NCBI RefSeq assembly: GCF_963921235.1
Contig: NC_086097.1
Span: 7,936,001 to 8,000,000, forward strand
Reading direction: 5' to 3'
DNA length: 64,000 bases
From: Mobula hypostoma
Lineage: Eukaryota
Shown here one piece after another: positions 1 to 11,744 of this stretch (the first letter of the stretch is position 1; each line of letters opens with the position of its first letter). The position numbers and the translations under genes are program-made. The notes under the pieces are model-generated. The model was not told the DNA's origin, did no database searches, and worked only from the letters and a program-made list of their open reading frames with translations.

Positions 1-439
1 GGTTTATTTATGTCAAGTTTCTAAGATCTGCCCTTCTCTCCATAAACTCCTCCGACTCTCCCCTTCTCATCTCTCTTTTACAATCCTCATTTAAATTGAG
101 TCTGAAAATTTGCCTTTCTCTGAACCAACCTTTTGAACATCTACACTGATACAAGATGTTAATGACATGGCATCAATTTTTGTAACAGCAATGTTATTGT
201 GAAAAATAAATTGCAGGATATTTTGTGACAGAAATGTATTGTTGTTGGAGAAAACTTTTTCATCTTCATTTATTTTAGTCTTCCTCTATAACATCTTAGA
301 GGATCAGTTCATAATCGCCAATATATGCGCAAACACTGCTTGAAAACTGATCAGGAGGGAAAAGCAAGATGTAATCTGCCATTTCTGCAACAATAGATTT
401 AAATAATTGCTTCAGACCCAAAGCCTCCTTCCTGGGATC

Positions 440-1105
440 CATAAGGCTATAAGACACGGGGAAAAGTTATTAGGCCATTCAGCCCATCAAATCTGCTTTG
501 CCATTCCATCATGGCTGATTTATTTTCCCTCTTAACTCCATTGTCCCACCTTCTCCCAATAACCTTTGATGCCCTTACTAATCAAGAACCTATCAACCTT
601 CACTTTAAGTACAGTCAATGCTTTGGCCTTCAAAGGCATCCATGACAGTTAATTCCCAAGATTTACCACCCTCAGTTTAAAGAAATCCCTCCTCACCTCC
701 ACTGTAAAGGGACATCCATCTATTCTGAGGCTGTGCCCCCAGGCTTAGACTTTTCCACAATTGAAAACTTCCTCTCCAAGGCTTTCAATATTCAACAGGT
801 TTCAACGAGATCCTTCCACATTCTTCTAAACTCAACAAGTACAAGCCCAGAGCCATCAAACACTCCTCATATGTAAACACTGGGATCATTGTAAGTTCCT
901 GGGCTCATTCTTGTGAACTTCCCCTGGATCCTCGCCATTGCAGCACATTCATCCATTGATATGAAACCCTAAATCACTCATAGTGTGTTCTGACAATGCC
1001 TTATAAAGCTTTAGTATTACATCCTTGCTTTGTATTGCAGTCCTCTCAAAATGAATGCTAACATTGCATTTGCCTTCCTTACTACTGACTCAACCTGCAC
1101 AAGGA
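440..1105 (-). mobile_element. CR1-type LINE, decayed 3' end
   Basis: Minus strand matches the ORF2 C-terminus and 3' UTR of the better-preserved CR1 copies in this window (e.g. 33077-34040). No intact ORF. Confidence 0.8.
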
Positions 1106-1206
1106 CTGTTGTATTCCTAATTTACCCATGTATCATTGGCAGTTAAACTTTAACTGTAACTGTATACCAAAATAGTGATTAAAGAAGACAGTGTTCCATA
1201 CATAAT

Positions 1207-1417
1207 CAGAAGGCCTTTGACAAAGTGACATACGTGAGGCTGCTGAACAATCTAAGAGGCCATGGTATTACAGGAAAGACACCAGCATGGAAAAAGCCGA
1301 TTATTAAGGATGTGGTTTTGGTGTACTTGGGGGCCCATGATAAAATAGCCCACAATCAGCATGGTTTCCTCAAGGGAAAATCTTTTCTGATAGATCTGTT
1401 AGAATTCTTTGAAGAAG
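1207..1417 (+). mobile_element. CR1 RT fragments in opposite orientation to the neighbouring copy, in scrambled order
   Basis: Encodes KAFDKV..RLLNNLRGHGITGK and then IIKDVV..QHGFLKGKS..LLEFFEE, which is the reverse of their order in CR1 ORF2. Confidence 0.7.
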
Positions 1418-1427
1418 TACCCCAAGT

Positions 1428-3080
1428 ACTTGCCTTCCTCACCACAGACTCAACATGCAAATTAACCTTTAAGGAATACTGCATGAGGACTCTGGTTGCA
1501 CCTCAGAATTTCGGATTTTTTCTCCATATAGAAAATAGTCTACTCTTTTATTTCTTTTGATTTTTACTTGCTGACACTGTATTCCATCTACCACTTCTTT
1601 GCCCATTCTCCTAATCTGTCTAAGTCCTTCTGTAGCCTTTACTTCTTCAAAACTATCTGCCCCTAAAACTATCTTTGTGTCCTCCACAAACTTTGCCACA
1701 AAGCTATCATCCAAGTCATTGACATATAAAGAGAAGCGGTCCCAACACAGACCCCTGTGGAACACCATTAGTCACCATTAACCAATCGGAAAAGGCTCCC
1801 TTTATCCCCACTCTTTGCCTCAATCAGCCACAGTTCTATCCATGCTAGAATCTTTCCTGTAATATCATGAGCTTGTAGCTTGTGAAGCAGCCTCATGTGT
1901 GGCACCTTGTCAAAGGCCTTCTGAATATCCAAGTACACAACATTCAACAATTCTCCTTTATCTATCCTACTTCTTATTTCTTCAAAGAATTCTAACAGAT
2001 TTGTTAGGCATGAATTTCCCTTGAGCAAATCATGCTGACTACGCCTTATTTCATCATATGCATCCAAGTACTCCAAAACCACATCCTTAACAATCGACTC
2101 CAACAGACTAATTAGCCTATAATTTCCTTTCTTCTGCCTCTTGCCCTTCTTTGGAGTGTAGTGGCATTTGCAATTTTCCAGTCCTCCAGAATCATGGGAG
2201 AGTCAATTGAGTCGATAGTCTCTTCAGCAACCCCTTTCTGAACTTGGGGTGTATACAGTCTGGTATAGGAGATTTAACTATTTTCAGACCTTTTGGTTTG
2301 CAAGAACCTTCTCCCTAGTAATGGCAACTCCACACACTTCTGCGCTGACATTCCTGAACTTCTGGCATACTGCTAGTGCCTTTCACAGTGAAGTCTGATG
2401 CAAAGTACTTATTCCTTTCATTTGTCATTTCCTTGTCCCCCATTCCTACCTCTCCAGCATCATTTTCCAGTTGTCCAATATCCACTCTCACCTTTCTTTT
2501 ACGCTTTATATATATGAAAAATCTTTTGGTATCAACTTTAATATTATTGGCTGTCTCACATCTGAATTCCATCTTTTCCTTCTTAAGGACTGTTTTAGTT
2601 GCCTTCTGTTGGTTTTGAAAAGCTTTCCAATTTTCTAATTTTCAACTAATTTTTGCTCTACTATATTCCCTCTCTTTTGCTTTTATGTTGGCTTAGACAT
2701 CATTTGTTATCCATGGTTGTGTCATCTTTCCATTGGAATACTTCTTCCTCTTTGGGACGTACAGTGTATATCTGGCAACCTCTGAATCACTTCCAAAAGT
2801 TCCAGGCATTGCTGTCCTGCCGTCATCCCTACCAGTGTTCTTTTCCAATCAATTTTGGCTAGCTTCTCTCTTATCCCTCTATAATTCCCTTCACTGCAAT
2901 ACCGATACATTTCACTTTAGCTTCTCCCTCTCAAATTTCAAGGAGAATTTGATCATATTAAGATCACCACCCCTAAGGGTTCATTTATCTTAATCTCTCC
3001 AATCAATTTTGGTTCATTGCACAACACCCAATCCAGAATAGCTGATCCCCAAGTGGTCTCAACCATGCGCTGGTCTAAGA
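1428..3080 (-). mobile_element. CR1-type LINE ORF2 pseudogene (end of APE, tether, RT)
   Basis: ORF fragments 1469-1768, 1768-2103 (SCLTNLLEFFEE, YLDIQKAFDKVPH) and 2315-2572 carry CR1 RT motifs, with many stops and frameshifts. Confidence 0.9.
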
Positions 3081-3412
3081 ATGAACAATCACAATCACTT
3101 CATTGGAGCTGAGGGGTGCACCATGCAAGTATAACAACCCCGTGACGGTCTCTGGCTAGTGACAATTATTTTGTTTTGATTTTGGATTAGTTTTGCTGCC
3201 AACCCCTCTTTATAGTTAATATTCTCTAATCCAAACAACATCCTGGTGATCCGCCTCACCATTCTCTCCAAAGTCCTTTTTTATATATCTATGGTTTTGC
3301 TTTAGATTTTTGAAGAAATACATACCCTTGGAAAGTAGATTTTAGTGAACTGCAGATCTACACCAAGGCGTGTTTAACCTTGATCTAAAGCTGGACTGAG
3401 AAAAACAAAACA

Positions 3413-4245
3413 AATTTTCAATTTAATCTCAGAAAATGTATACAGTATACAACCTGGAATATTTATTTTTCACAGACATTTATGAATCAGAGTGAAAAAA
3501 AATAGGGAATGAACAACAATTAGAACCCCAAAGCTTCTCCTCCCATGCACTAACAGCAGCAAAGTATCAGCCCACCCCCTCCACTTCCGCCCATTTTCCC
3601 AGCAGAAAGCATTAGCCTCCACACTACCGACCAAGCAGCAGGAAGCCCTCAGAGACCACCATCAAAAAGTACAATCCATCCTAACACCTTGACATCTCAA
3701 CAGGTGCTCTCTCTAACTAACGAGGGAGATACAGAATTTGCTCCTGCAACACGATCAGAGAGGCCAACGGATCGCTGTTTCGACGTTACAGTCTGCAGCG
3801 TTGCTTACTTGAGTTCCCCCAACTCGAGAAGCAGCAGACTCTCTCTCACCATCGAGAGAACGAGAGTGAGTGAGAGAATGCTGGAGTGCAGAGGCCTCCG
3901 ACACCCATGCCCACTGTCTCGATGTTTTGATCTCCCACGATGCTTCAGTCGGTAACATCAGTGAGGAATTGGCTTGTCCTCAGGGCCACATCCTGAAGGT
4001 GCATATCTTCCAAGCCGCTCCTGGAGATACCAAAGCACAAGCTGCTCAACAAGTCCCAAAGAGCAAGAACCCACTATCATGAAGAACACAGTTTGAGCAT
4101 AGCCAGACTCTGACAAGATCCCAGCCTCCTTGAAGGGGGAAGAACAGACATGAGAACAGGAAACTTAAGCTGTTTCACAGATAAAATCGAAGAGGTTGCC
4201 CAGGTCCGCAAGAACCTCTGGTCCCATCTTTAGCTCCTCCCACTA
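3413..4245 (-). mobile_element. Unclassified non-coding retroposon-like repeat
   Basis: Its minus-strand 3' end (..GTTGTATACTGTATACATTTTCTGAGATTAAA) resembles the 3' end of the insert at 11145-11743 (..GATGTATATTGTATACATTTCTCTGACATTAAG). Confidence 0.45.
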
Positions 4246-4249
4246 CTAG

Positions 4250-4875
4250 AACTAAAGGTCATATGTTTATCATAGGTTTAGGGTGAAAGGTGAAATATAT
4301 AGGGGAAGTCTGAGGGGAAACTTCTTCACTCAGAAGGTGGTGCATGTGTGAAATGAGCATAAGAGGCCATAAGATATAGGAGCCAAATCAGGCAATATGG
4401 CCCATTGAGTCTGATCCACCATTTCATAAGGGTTAAAAATAGAAAATCTGTAGATGCTGGAAATCTGAGCAACACGCACAAAATGCTGGAGGAACTCAGC
4501 AGGCCAGGCAGCATCTAGGAAAAGAGTACAGTCAACGTTTCAGCCTGAAATCCTTCGGCAGGACTCTAGACTTTCATCAAGGTTGAATAATTTCCCTCTC
4601 GGCTCCAATCTCCTGCCTCTCCCCATAATCCTTCATGCCCTGTTTAATCAAGAACATATCAACCTCTGCCTTCAATATACCCAATGACTTGGCCTCCACA
4701 AGTAGTGAATGTGAGTTTAATTGTAACATTTAAGAGAAGTTTGGATGGGCACCTGGATGTGAGAGGTACGGAGAGATATGAGCTGGGTGCAGGTAGATGG
4801 GAATAGACAGAAGACAATGCTAGCTTAGAGTAGATGGACCAAAGGGTGTATTTTTTCCCTGTCCTATGACTCTAT
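4250..4875. mobile_element. Nested CR1 3' ends (plus-strand host, minus-strand insert) containing a PLE tail
   Basis: Plus-strand CR1 3' sequence at 4250-4358 resumes near 4700. A minus-strand CR1 3' UTR lies between, itself split by the 4435-4571 insert. Confidence 0.7.
4435..4571 (-). mobile_element. PLE 3' terminal fragment with decayed hammerhead motif
   Basis: GATGCTGGAAAT..GCTGGAGGAACTCAGCAGGCCAGGCAGCATC terminus is shared with other PLE copies. Flanked by imperfect direct repeat TTTCATAAGGGTT / TTTCATCAAGGTT. Confidence 0.8.
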
Positions 4876-5357
4876 AAATTTCAACCCTGATACTAAATTT
4901 ACAAGGTTGATAGACATTTTATTCCCCTTGGGCACCTCTCAAGTGAAGTGGGTCATGCAACAGAAATTGTTGGCATTGAGAGATTTTAGGCAGGATTCCT
5001 TCTTTCAGATCACTGCTGATCTGCTTAACAGAGTGAATTTAAATTATGCTGATGGTTCCATCATATCTGGCCATTTCTGGTGCCAAGAGATTGCACAACA
5101 ATGGATTCCTTGTTTGTACCTCTCTGTTTCCTTGCCCTCACAAAAAGAATGATATTCTAAACTTGGAAAACTTACCTCACTTTAGGAAAGAACTGACAAC
5201 ATTTCAGAGTGGATTGCGTGACTGCATGTTCTTTTTATTATGGCAGTGACTGTGACAAAGGAAAACAAAATGTGGCTATTTTAACCTTTTCCATATGTTT
5301 TTACAAAACTGCAAGCAGGTGTGAGGTTGATCATATTGGGCAAAGCCATTAGCCCGA

Positions 5358-5612
5358 CGCGATTACAGCTTGGGGCGCCAGAGTTCAGAGTTCAATTCTG
5401 GCAGCCTCTGAAAGCAAGTTTGGATGTTTCTTCCCATGTGTGGTGGGTTTCCTCCAGGTGCTCTGGTTTCCTCCCACTTTGCAAAGACATGCCAGTTAGT
5501 AGGATAATTGGTCATTGTAACTTGTTCTGTGATTCGGTTAGGGTTAAATTGGTGGGTTGCTGAGTAGCACGATTTAAAGGGAATTAAGGGTCTGTTCCTA
5601 ACTGTATCTCTA
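5358..5612 (+). mobile_element. V-SINE-like (HE1-like) SINE
   Basis: B-box-like GAGTTCAATTC followed by the central domain TGGGTTTCCTCCAGGTGCTCTGGTTTCCTCCCAC..CAAAGAC. About 10 related copies occur in the window. Confidence 0.8.
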
Positions 5613-6090
5613 AGTTTAAAATGCATTAATATTTTTGGTAAAATATAATACAAGTAAGTACATTTTATACAAATACAGTTTTGTGGAATCAGTGCAGAAC
5701 AGAAGGAGATTATTTGGCTCATTGAATAACTATCAGTTCTCTCTGTAACCTATTAAATTATTTTTCCTCAAGTGCCCAGGCAATTCCCTTTTGAAGGTTC
5801 TGATTGAATCTTTCCAGCACTATTATAGGAATATGTTCCAAATCATCACCACTCTAAATAAAATCGATTATATATTTAAAAAATCAAAATAAACATTATT
5901 CATAACAAACAAAACACATTCACAAGAATAACCCTTGTCTTTTCATTCTTTACTTTCAAATTCAATGCTTTCACATCTGTTCTATTACACTCCTACATAT
6001 CAATCAATAACCCTGTTGCCAGCCACATGGCCCCATATGGCAATAATTCACTATTACATTTCTCTGTAAACTTGTCATTTTTTTTAAATT

Positions 6091-6171
6091 CAGGGGTTCC
6101 CAACACTTTTTATGCCATGGACCCCTACTATTAACCAAAGGGGTCTGTGGACCCCAGACTGGGAACCCCTG
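6091..6171 (+). mobile_element. Short hAT-type MITE
   Basis: TIRs CAGGGGTTCCCA..TGGGAACCCCTG with an imperfect 8-bp flanking repeat (TTTAAATT / ATTTAATT). Related copies at 9099 and 50281. Confidence 0.8.
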
Positions 6172-6736
6172 ATTTAATTGGACCTGATTTTCCGGTGTGA
6201 CATTCATAACTCACTCTCATTCCATTCTTTCCACAGATTTTCCACCTCACGAACGATTGCTCATACTCCAATGGACAGACATATTTGGTCTAGTCCATTC
6301 TTGTTTGCAATCTTGCTCATATTTAATAGGTGACTGCATTAAAATGCCACTATAACAAAGAGATATTTATACTTTATCTCAGGTTTGCAACTTCTTCTCA
6401 GGAAATTGTGAAAACAAAAGATTCTTATCACAGGTAATAGGAACACCAGTACGTGTAGAATCGTTCATTCACTATACAATTCTTTAACACTGAATTTGCT
6501 TAGGTAAGCTTTCCATCATGCTTTGGATCAATTAAATAGCTCCCTCTCCAGTGTTGTGGTTCTCCTTCCCCAAGCTTATGAACGTCCCTCAACATGCAGT
6601 CTTGCTGCCTGGAAGGTGCCAGTCAGCAGAATTTCTCCCCAGACATCTTGACATGCTGGAAGACTAACGGCTTCTGGGCACACCAAAGGGTGATTATACC
6701 CCGCTTCATCTTTTGCCCTTCACTTTAAACCTGTAA

Positions 6737-6990
6737 CAAACAAGAGAAAGTCTGCAAATGCTGGAAATCCAAGCAACACACACAAAATGTTGGAGGAACT
6801 CAGAAGTCAGGCAGCATCTCTGGGAAAGAGTACAGTCGACATTTCAGGCTGAAAATTTTCAGCAAGACTGGAGAAAAAAAGCTGAGGAGTAAAGTTAAAA
6901 GGTGGGGGGAGGGGAGAGAATTACCGAGCAATAGGTGAAACCTGGAAGGTGGGGGGATGAAGCAAAGAGCTGTGAAGTTGATTGGTGAAG
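6737..6990 (-). mobile_element. PLE 3' fragment
   Basis: PLE terminus, decayed hammerhead motif (6833-6870) and purine-rich UTR as in other copies. Confidence 0.8.
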
Positions 6991-7130
6991 GAGGCTCCTC
7001 TGATGATTGAACCATATACACAAGGTTTTGTTTAACTGAAGTAGCCTGTTATGATCTTACAACCTAATGAAATTTCCTCTTAAGATTTTGTCCCAAGGAG
7101 GTTAGACGTCACTTCTCCAGTCTAAGCATA

Positions 7131-7703
7131 CACTCAGTGGCTGCTTTATTAGGTACACCTGTACACCTGCTCGTTAATGCAAATACCTCATTAGCCAATC
7201 ATATGACAGCTACTCAATGCATAAGAGCGTGCAGATATAGTCAAAAGGTTCAATTGTGTTCAGACCAAATATCAGAATGGGGAAGACATGTGATCTAAGT
7301 GACTTTGACTGTGAAATGATTGCTGGTGCCAGACAGGGTGATTTGAGTTTCTCAGAAACTGCTGATCTCCTGGGATTTTCGCACACAGCAGTCTCCAGAG
7401 TTTACAGAGAATGGTGAGAAAAGCAAAACAAAAACATCCAGTGAGCAGAAGTTCTGTGGGCAAAATTGCCTTGTTAGTGAAAGAGGACAGAGGAGAATGA
7501 CCAGACTTGTTCAAGTTGACAGGAAGGCAACAGTAAATCAAATAACCATGCGTTACAAGAGTGGTGCACAGAAGATCTCTGAATACACAACACATCGAAG
7601 CTTGAAGTGCATGGGCTACAGCAACAGAAGACCATATGTGGTGCCAATTCTGCGGCCGCATTATTAGGTACGCTCCCATACTTGATAATGCACCCGCTGA
7701 GTG
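7131..7703 (+). mobile_element. Tc1/mariner internally deleted DNA transposon
   Basis: TA|CACTCAGTGGCTGCTTTATTAGGTA at the left end, with a degenerate inverted copy ending GCTGAGTG at 7703. From the ATG at 7277 it encodes a broken Tc1 N-terminal HTH region (MGKTCDLSDFD..GARQG..SETADLLGFSHTAVSRVYREW). No DDE domain. Confidence 0.85.
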
Positions 7704-7769
7704 GAGAGCGAAAATTCCCATCATTGAAAACTTGGTGATACATTTCTTGCCTCCTTTCTTGTACCGAAA

Positions 7770-7968
7770 TATGGTGACCAGATTTGTATGGGTTAATCCA
7801 GTTTTCCTCCGGGTACTCCAGTTTTCTCCATCAGTCCAAAGACAAACCTGTTTAAAGGTTAATCAGTCATTGTAAATTGTCCTGTGATTAGGCTAGAGCT
7901 AAATAGGTGGGTTACTGAGTGTGTGGTTCACTGGGTTAGGAAGGCCTGTTCTGCACTATATCTCTAAG
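7770..7968 (+). mobile_element. V-SINE-like SINE, 5' truncated
   Basis: Central domain and GTCATTGTAAATTGTCCTGTGATTAGGCTAG tail. Confidence 0.75.
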
Positions 7969-8399
7969 TAAAAGAAAATAATACATTCTGGCAATGAAGA
8001 ATGACATTACCAAGACAAATTAGCACAATGGGGACTGTTTTCTTTGGATGGAAGTAGGTGTAATGATGATTGATCTGAACTGAATGTATAGTGGGAGGTA
8101 GCTCCTGTTGTCGGAGAGTCAAAGTAAATTTATTATCTAAGTACATATACATTATGTCACCATATACAGTACTACCCAGAGGCTCATTTCCTTTCAGGCA
8201 TTCAGAATAGAACAAAGAAATACAATAGGATCGTTGACAAACGGCACACAAAGACTGACAAACAACCAATGTGCAACAGAGAACTGTGCAAATACAGAAA
8301 AAGTAACAGTAATAATAAATAACAAGTAAATAACTAATACTGAGAACACGAGTTGTAGAGTCTTTGAAAATGAGTTTGTAGGTTGTGGAATCAGTTCGG

Positions 8400-8668
8400 T
8401 GTCAAGGACTAGGCATCAGAGGTGGAGCATAAACAGGAAGTATATTAAGTCTGAACCTCATAAGTGGCGGTCCCAAACACAGCTGTGAAGGGAGGAGTGT
8501 TGGGCTGGGACTAGCAACCACATACAGTAAGAACCCAGAACTACAGAAGCGCCAAAGACCTCGTCCAACCTTTGAAGATAGGCTACTTCTGGGGACAACT
8601 AGAAAACTGGCCCAGGACAGCGGAGACTTGTGAGATACTTTCAGCAGCCTATGCTCCAGAAGGGGAGA
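8400..8668 (+). mobile_element. Probable RTE-derived non-autonomous fragment
   Basis: The 3' end resembles an RTE ORF terminus (..RKLAQDSG..W..AAYAP-like). It sits between Rex1-type tails. Confidence 0.4.
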
Positions 8669-9098
8669 TAGACACCATATGCACAGACACTTCTGTGCCT
8701 AGCATCAGTTTATGGATAGACAATCAATCTATGTATATGACCAAACTTATATATTTATATTTATTCTGTTTTTTTATTATTGTGTTCTCTATCTTATTGT
8801 GTTTTTTTTTTGTATTACGTTGGAGCTGGAGTTACAATTATTTCACCTTCCTTTACACGTGTACTGGAAATGACATTAAACAACCTTGAATCTTGAATCT
8901 TCTGAGAACCTCTACAGAGGGGATCAACCGATTGGTGTCCTTCTGTCTTTAACCTCCCAGTGATTCTATGAGATCATACATGCATCTGCATTTGCCAGGT
9001 GTGGACAACAACAGCTGCACTGTCAGGGTGGGGAACTAATTGGTTAACTACTGTAGTTTGAAACTATATTTAACAAGATGGTTAGAATTGTCTTAGAC

Positions 9099-9178
9099 TA
9101 GAGTTTCCCAACCTGGGGTCTACTCACCCCTCGGTTAATTGTAGGAATTCATGGCATAAAAAAATTTAGGAACCCCTG
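9099..9178 (-). mobile_element. Short hAT-type MITE
   Basis: Reverse copy of 6091-6171, with 8-bp TSD TCTTAGAC / CCTTAGAC. Confidence 0.85.
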
Positions 9179-9339
9179 CCTTAGACTGTGCTTTAACATT
9201 TCAGAGCATCTATATTGACATTTTTTGGAAAATCAGCTTAATCTTCTTTATGATAATTTTATCTTCCAAGCTGTGGCTTTTTATGGAAATTGCAGCATGA
9301 GATTTGAACTATAATGATAAACTGAGTTTCCTTCTACTT

Positions 9340-9590
9340 TATATAAAGATACAATCCTTCCAGCCTGAACAGCTGCACTGCCCAGCAACCCAGCTATTTA
9401 ATCCTAGCCGACAGGAGAATTTACAATGACCAATTAACTGTGCGTCTTTGGACTGTGGGAGGAAACCAGAGCACCCACACACTCACGGGAAGGATAAACA
9501 ACCTTCTCACCGAGGATATCAGAATTGAACTCCGAACGCACATGCCCTGGTGTGTAAAGCATTGTGCAAACGGCTATACTCCCATGGTGA
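9340..9590 (-). mobile_element. V-SINE-like SINE
   Basis: TCTTTGGACTGTGGGAGGAAACCAGAGCACCC and GAATTGAACTC are the reverse central domain and B box. Confidence 0.8.
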
Positions 9591-10059
9591 CATAAGAGGA
9601 TGTCTTCTACATTGTCACCTCAGACAAATTCTTTCTAACTTCCTGCAAATCTCATGTTAATTGCAAGAATCTGAAGTACAAACTTTAGATCTTTGAATTT
9701 CCCAAAGGAAACTTTATCGTGAGATGATTTTCTTTGAATAAGAGGCAGATCTTTAAAGAGTTCCACACCATCGATTACAGTAAGAAACTCTCACCATTAC
9801 GAATATTTCAGGGATCTAGTGATGGCATTGGTGATCAGAAATGGCAAAAAGTTTTAAGGAAAAACAATGAGGAATCTATGGCATAAAGACAAATTAATAG
9901 CTGAATAATTCATATTTCCAATTTCTGACCAGGGAAGGTGTGAATTGGAAGAGGTGAGGTTTTTTTTTGATTAGACAGTAGTGCAGACACAATAAAAATG
10001 TTCACGCGCAGGTCCAGAGCAGAGAATGAAAAATCTAGTTTTCATAAAGGTGAGATACC

Positions 10060-11140
10060 ATCTAGTGCAGCAGCCATTGTTGGAATGGTCTGTGTCAGAG
10101 TGGTAAGGCTTTGTCTCAACAGGTTTCAGTGAGAACAGGTGGAAACAAGGTAAGGAGGTAAGTTTATTTTTTATTTCTTTATCTTATTTAGCTTTTGAAA
10201 GAATAGGGGTATGTCTGCAAGGCGAGTGTTCTGTTCTATGTGTCAGATGTGGGGTTTACAGGAGGCTTCTAAACTCCCCAGCGGTCACATCTGTACAAGG
10301 TGCATCGAGACGTAGCTCCTTAGAGATCATGTTAGGGAGCCGGAGCTGCAGCTCGATGACTTTCAGCTCGTTAGGTAGTGTGAGGAAGTGATAGTCAGGA
10401 GCTACAAGGAGGTAGCCACTCCAAGGCTACAGGAGGCAGATAAATGGGGGACTGTCAAGAGAGGGAAGGGAAAACATCAGATAGTGGAGAGCACCCTGGG
10501 CAGTCCCCCTCAACAATAAGTACTCCGTTTTGAGTATTGTTAGGGGACAACATACCTGGGGGAAGTAACTACAGCCGAGCCTCTGGCACAGAGTCTAGCC
10601 CTGTGACTGAGAAGGGTTGGGAACAGTAGAGGATGGCAACAGTAAAAGGGGACTCTATAGGTAGGGGGACAGACAAGTAAATTCTGTGGACATGAAAAAG
10701 AAACACAGATGGTAGTCTGCCTCCCAGGTGCCAGGGTCCATGATATTTCTGAACGCATCCATAATATCCTGAAAAGGGAGGGTAAGCAACCAAAAGTTGT
10801 GGTACATATTGGTACCAACGATATAAGTAGAAAAGGGGAGGAGGTCCTGAAAACAGAATACAGGGAGTTTGGAAGGAAGTTGAGAAGCAGGACTTCAGGG
10901 ATAGTAATCTTGGGATTGCTGCCTGTGCCATGCAATGGTGAAGAATAGAATGTAAGAGCAGATAAATCTGTGGCTGAAGAATTAAAGCAGGGAGCAGGGA
11001 TTCAGATTTCTGGATCATTAGGTCCTCTGGTGCAGGCGTGACATGTACGAAATGGACAGGTTACATTTCAATCCGATGGGGTCCAATATCCTTGCCGAAT
11101 GGTTTGCTAGAGCTGCTGGGAGAGATTTAAACTGGGTTGG
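10060..11140 (+). mobile_element. CR1 LINE 5' region: ORF1 pseudogene (Cys-rich zinc-finger/coiled-coil plus SGNH esterase-like domain)
   Basis: ATG at 10211 gives MSARRVFCSMCQMW..HICTRCIE. ORF 10709-10948 (CLPGARVHD..VVVHIGTNDI) matches the esterase block known in CR1 ORF1. Confidence 0.85.
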
Positions 11141-11144
11141 AAGA

Positions 11145-11743
11145 CTAGCGTGCCTTCAGGGTGCCGGATTTTTTGGCTCTGGTGGCGGGCGGATTCAAGT
11201 TCGGAGCCACCGCCTGATGTGTCGTGGAAGTACATGGAAGATCGGAAGCAATGAGCTGGCTGCTGGCTGTGTGTCCAGAGACCCGAGTTCTTTGGACACA
11301 GAGCTTGGAAAAAGCAATGCAACAGACTTTTAACACCATAAATCAGTGAGTTTTTTTGTTGTGTCTCCCCTCTCGCTGTGAAACGGGGACACCTCTTCTT
11401 CCCTTATTAGGGAGAAAGAAGGAGAGAGCCTGTGGTAAGTCAAATTACTGGGTGAACAAGTAGGCTTTGGGGTACTGCAAATCTGTGTCTTTATTGCACG
11501 GTTGAGTGCTCGGTGGGGGATGCTGATGCTTTTTTGCTGGAGGAAGAGGGGGACGTTGTTTTGCTGCTGATTCTGTGAGGGAGGGGAGAGTTTTGGGGCG
11601 GCATTGAGGTTTTAACATTTAACTGTCATTCATTCTTTGGGGCACTCCTCTGTTGTTGTGGATATTTGTGAGGTAAAAGAATTTCAGGATGTATATTGTA
11701 TACATTTCTCTGACATTAAGTGTACCTATTGAAACCCATTGAA
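11145..11743 (+). mobile_element. Unclassified non-coding retroposon-like insert
   Basis: Relatively CpG-rich head and a 3' tail ending ..CTATTGAAACCCATTGAA. The tail is related to the element at 3413-4245. It lies between CR1 ORF1 and a CR1 3' end. Confidence 0.5.
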
Positions 11744-11744
11744 T

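Noticed and set aside
10709..10948. SGNH/GDSL esterase as a captured cellular gene
   Set aside because: It is the normal esterase domain of CR1 ORF1. A second copy occurs in the CR1 at about 24027-24278.
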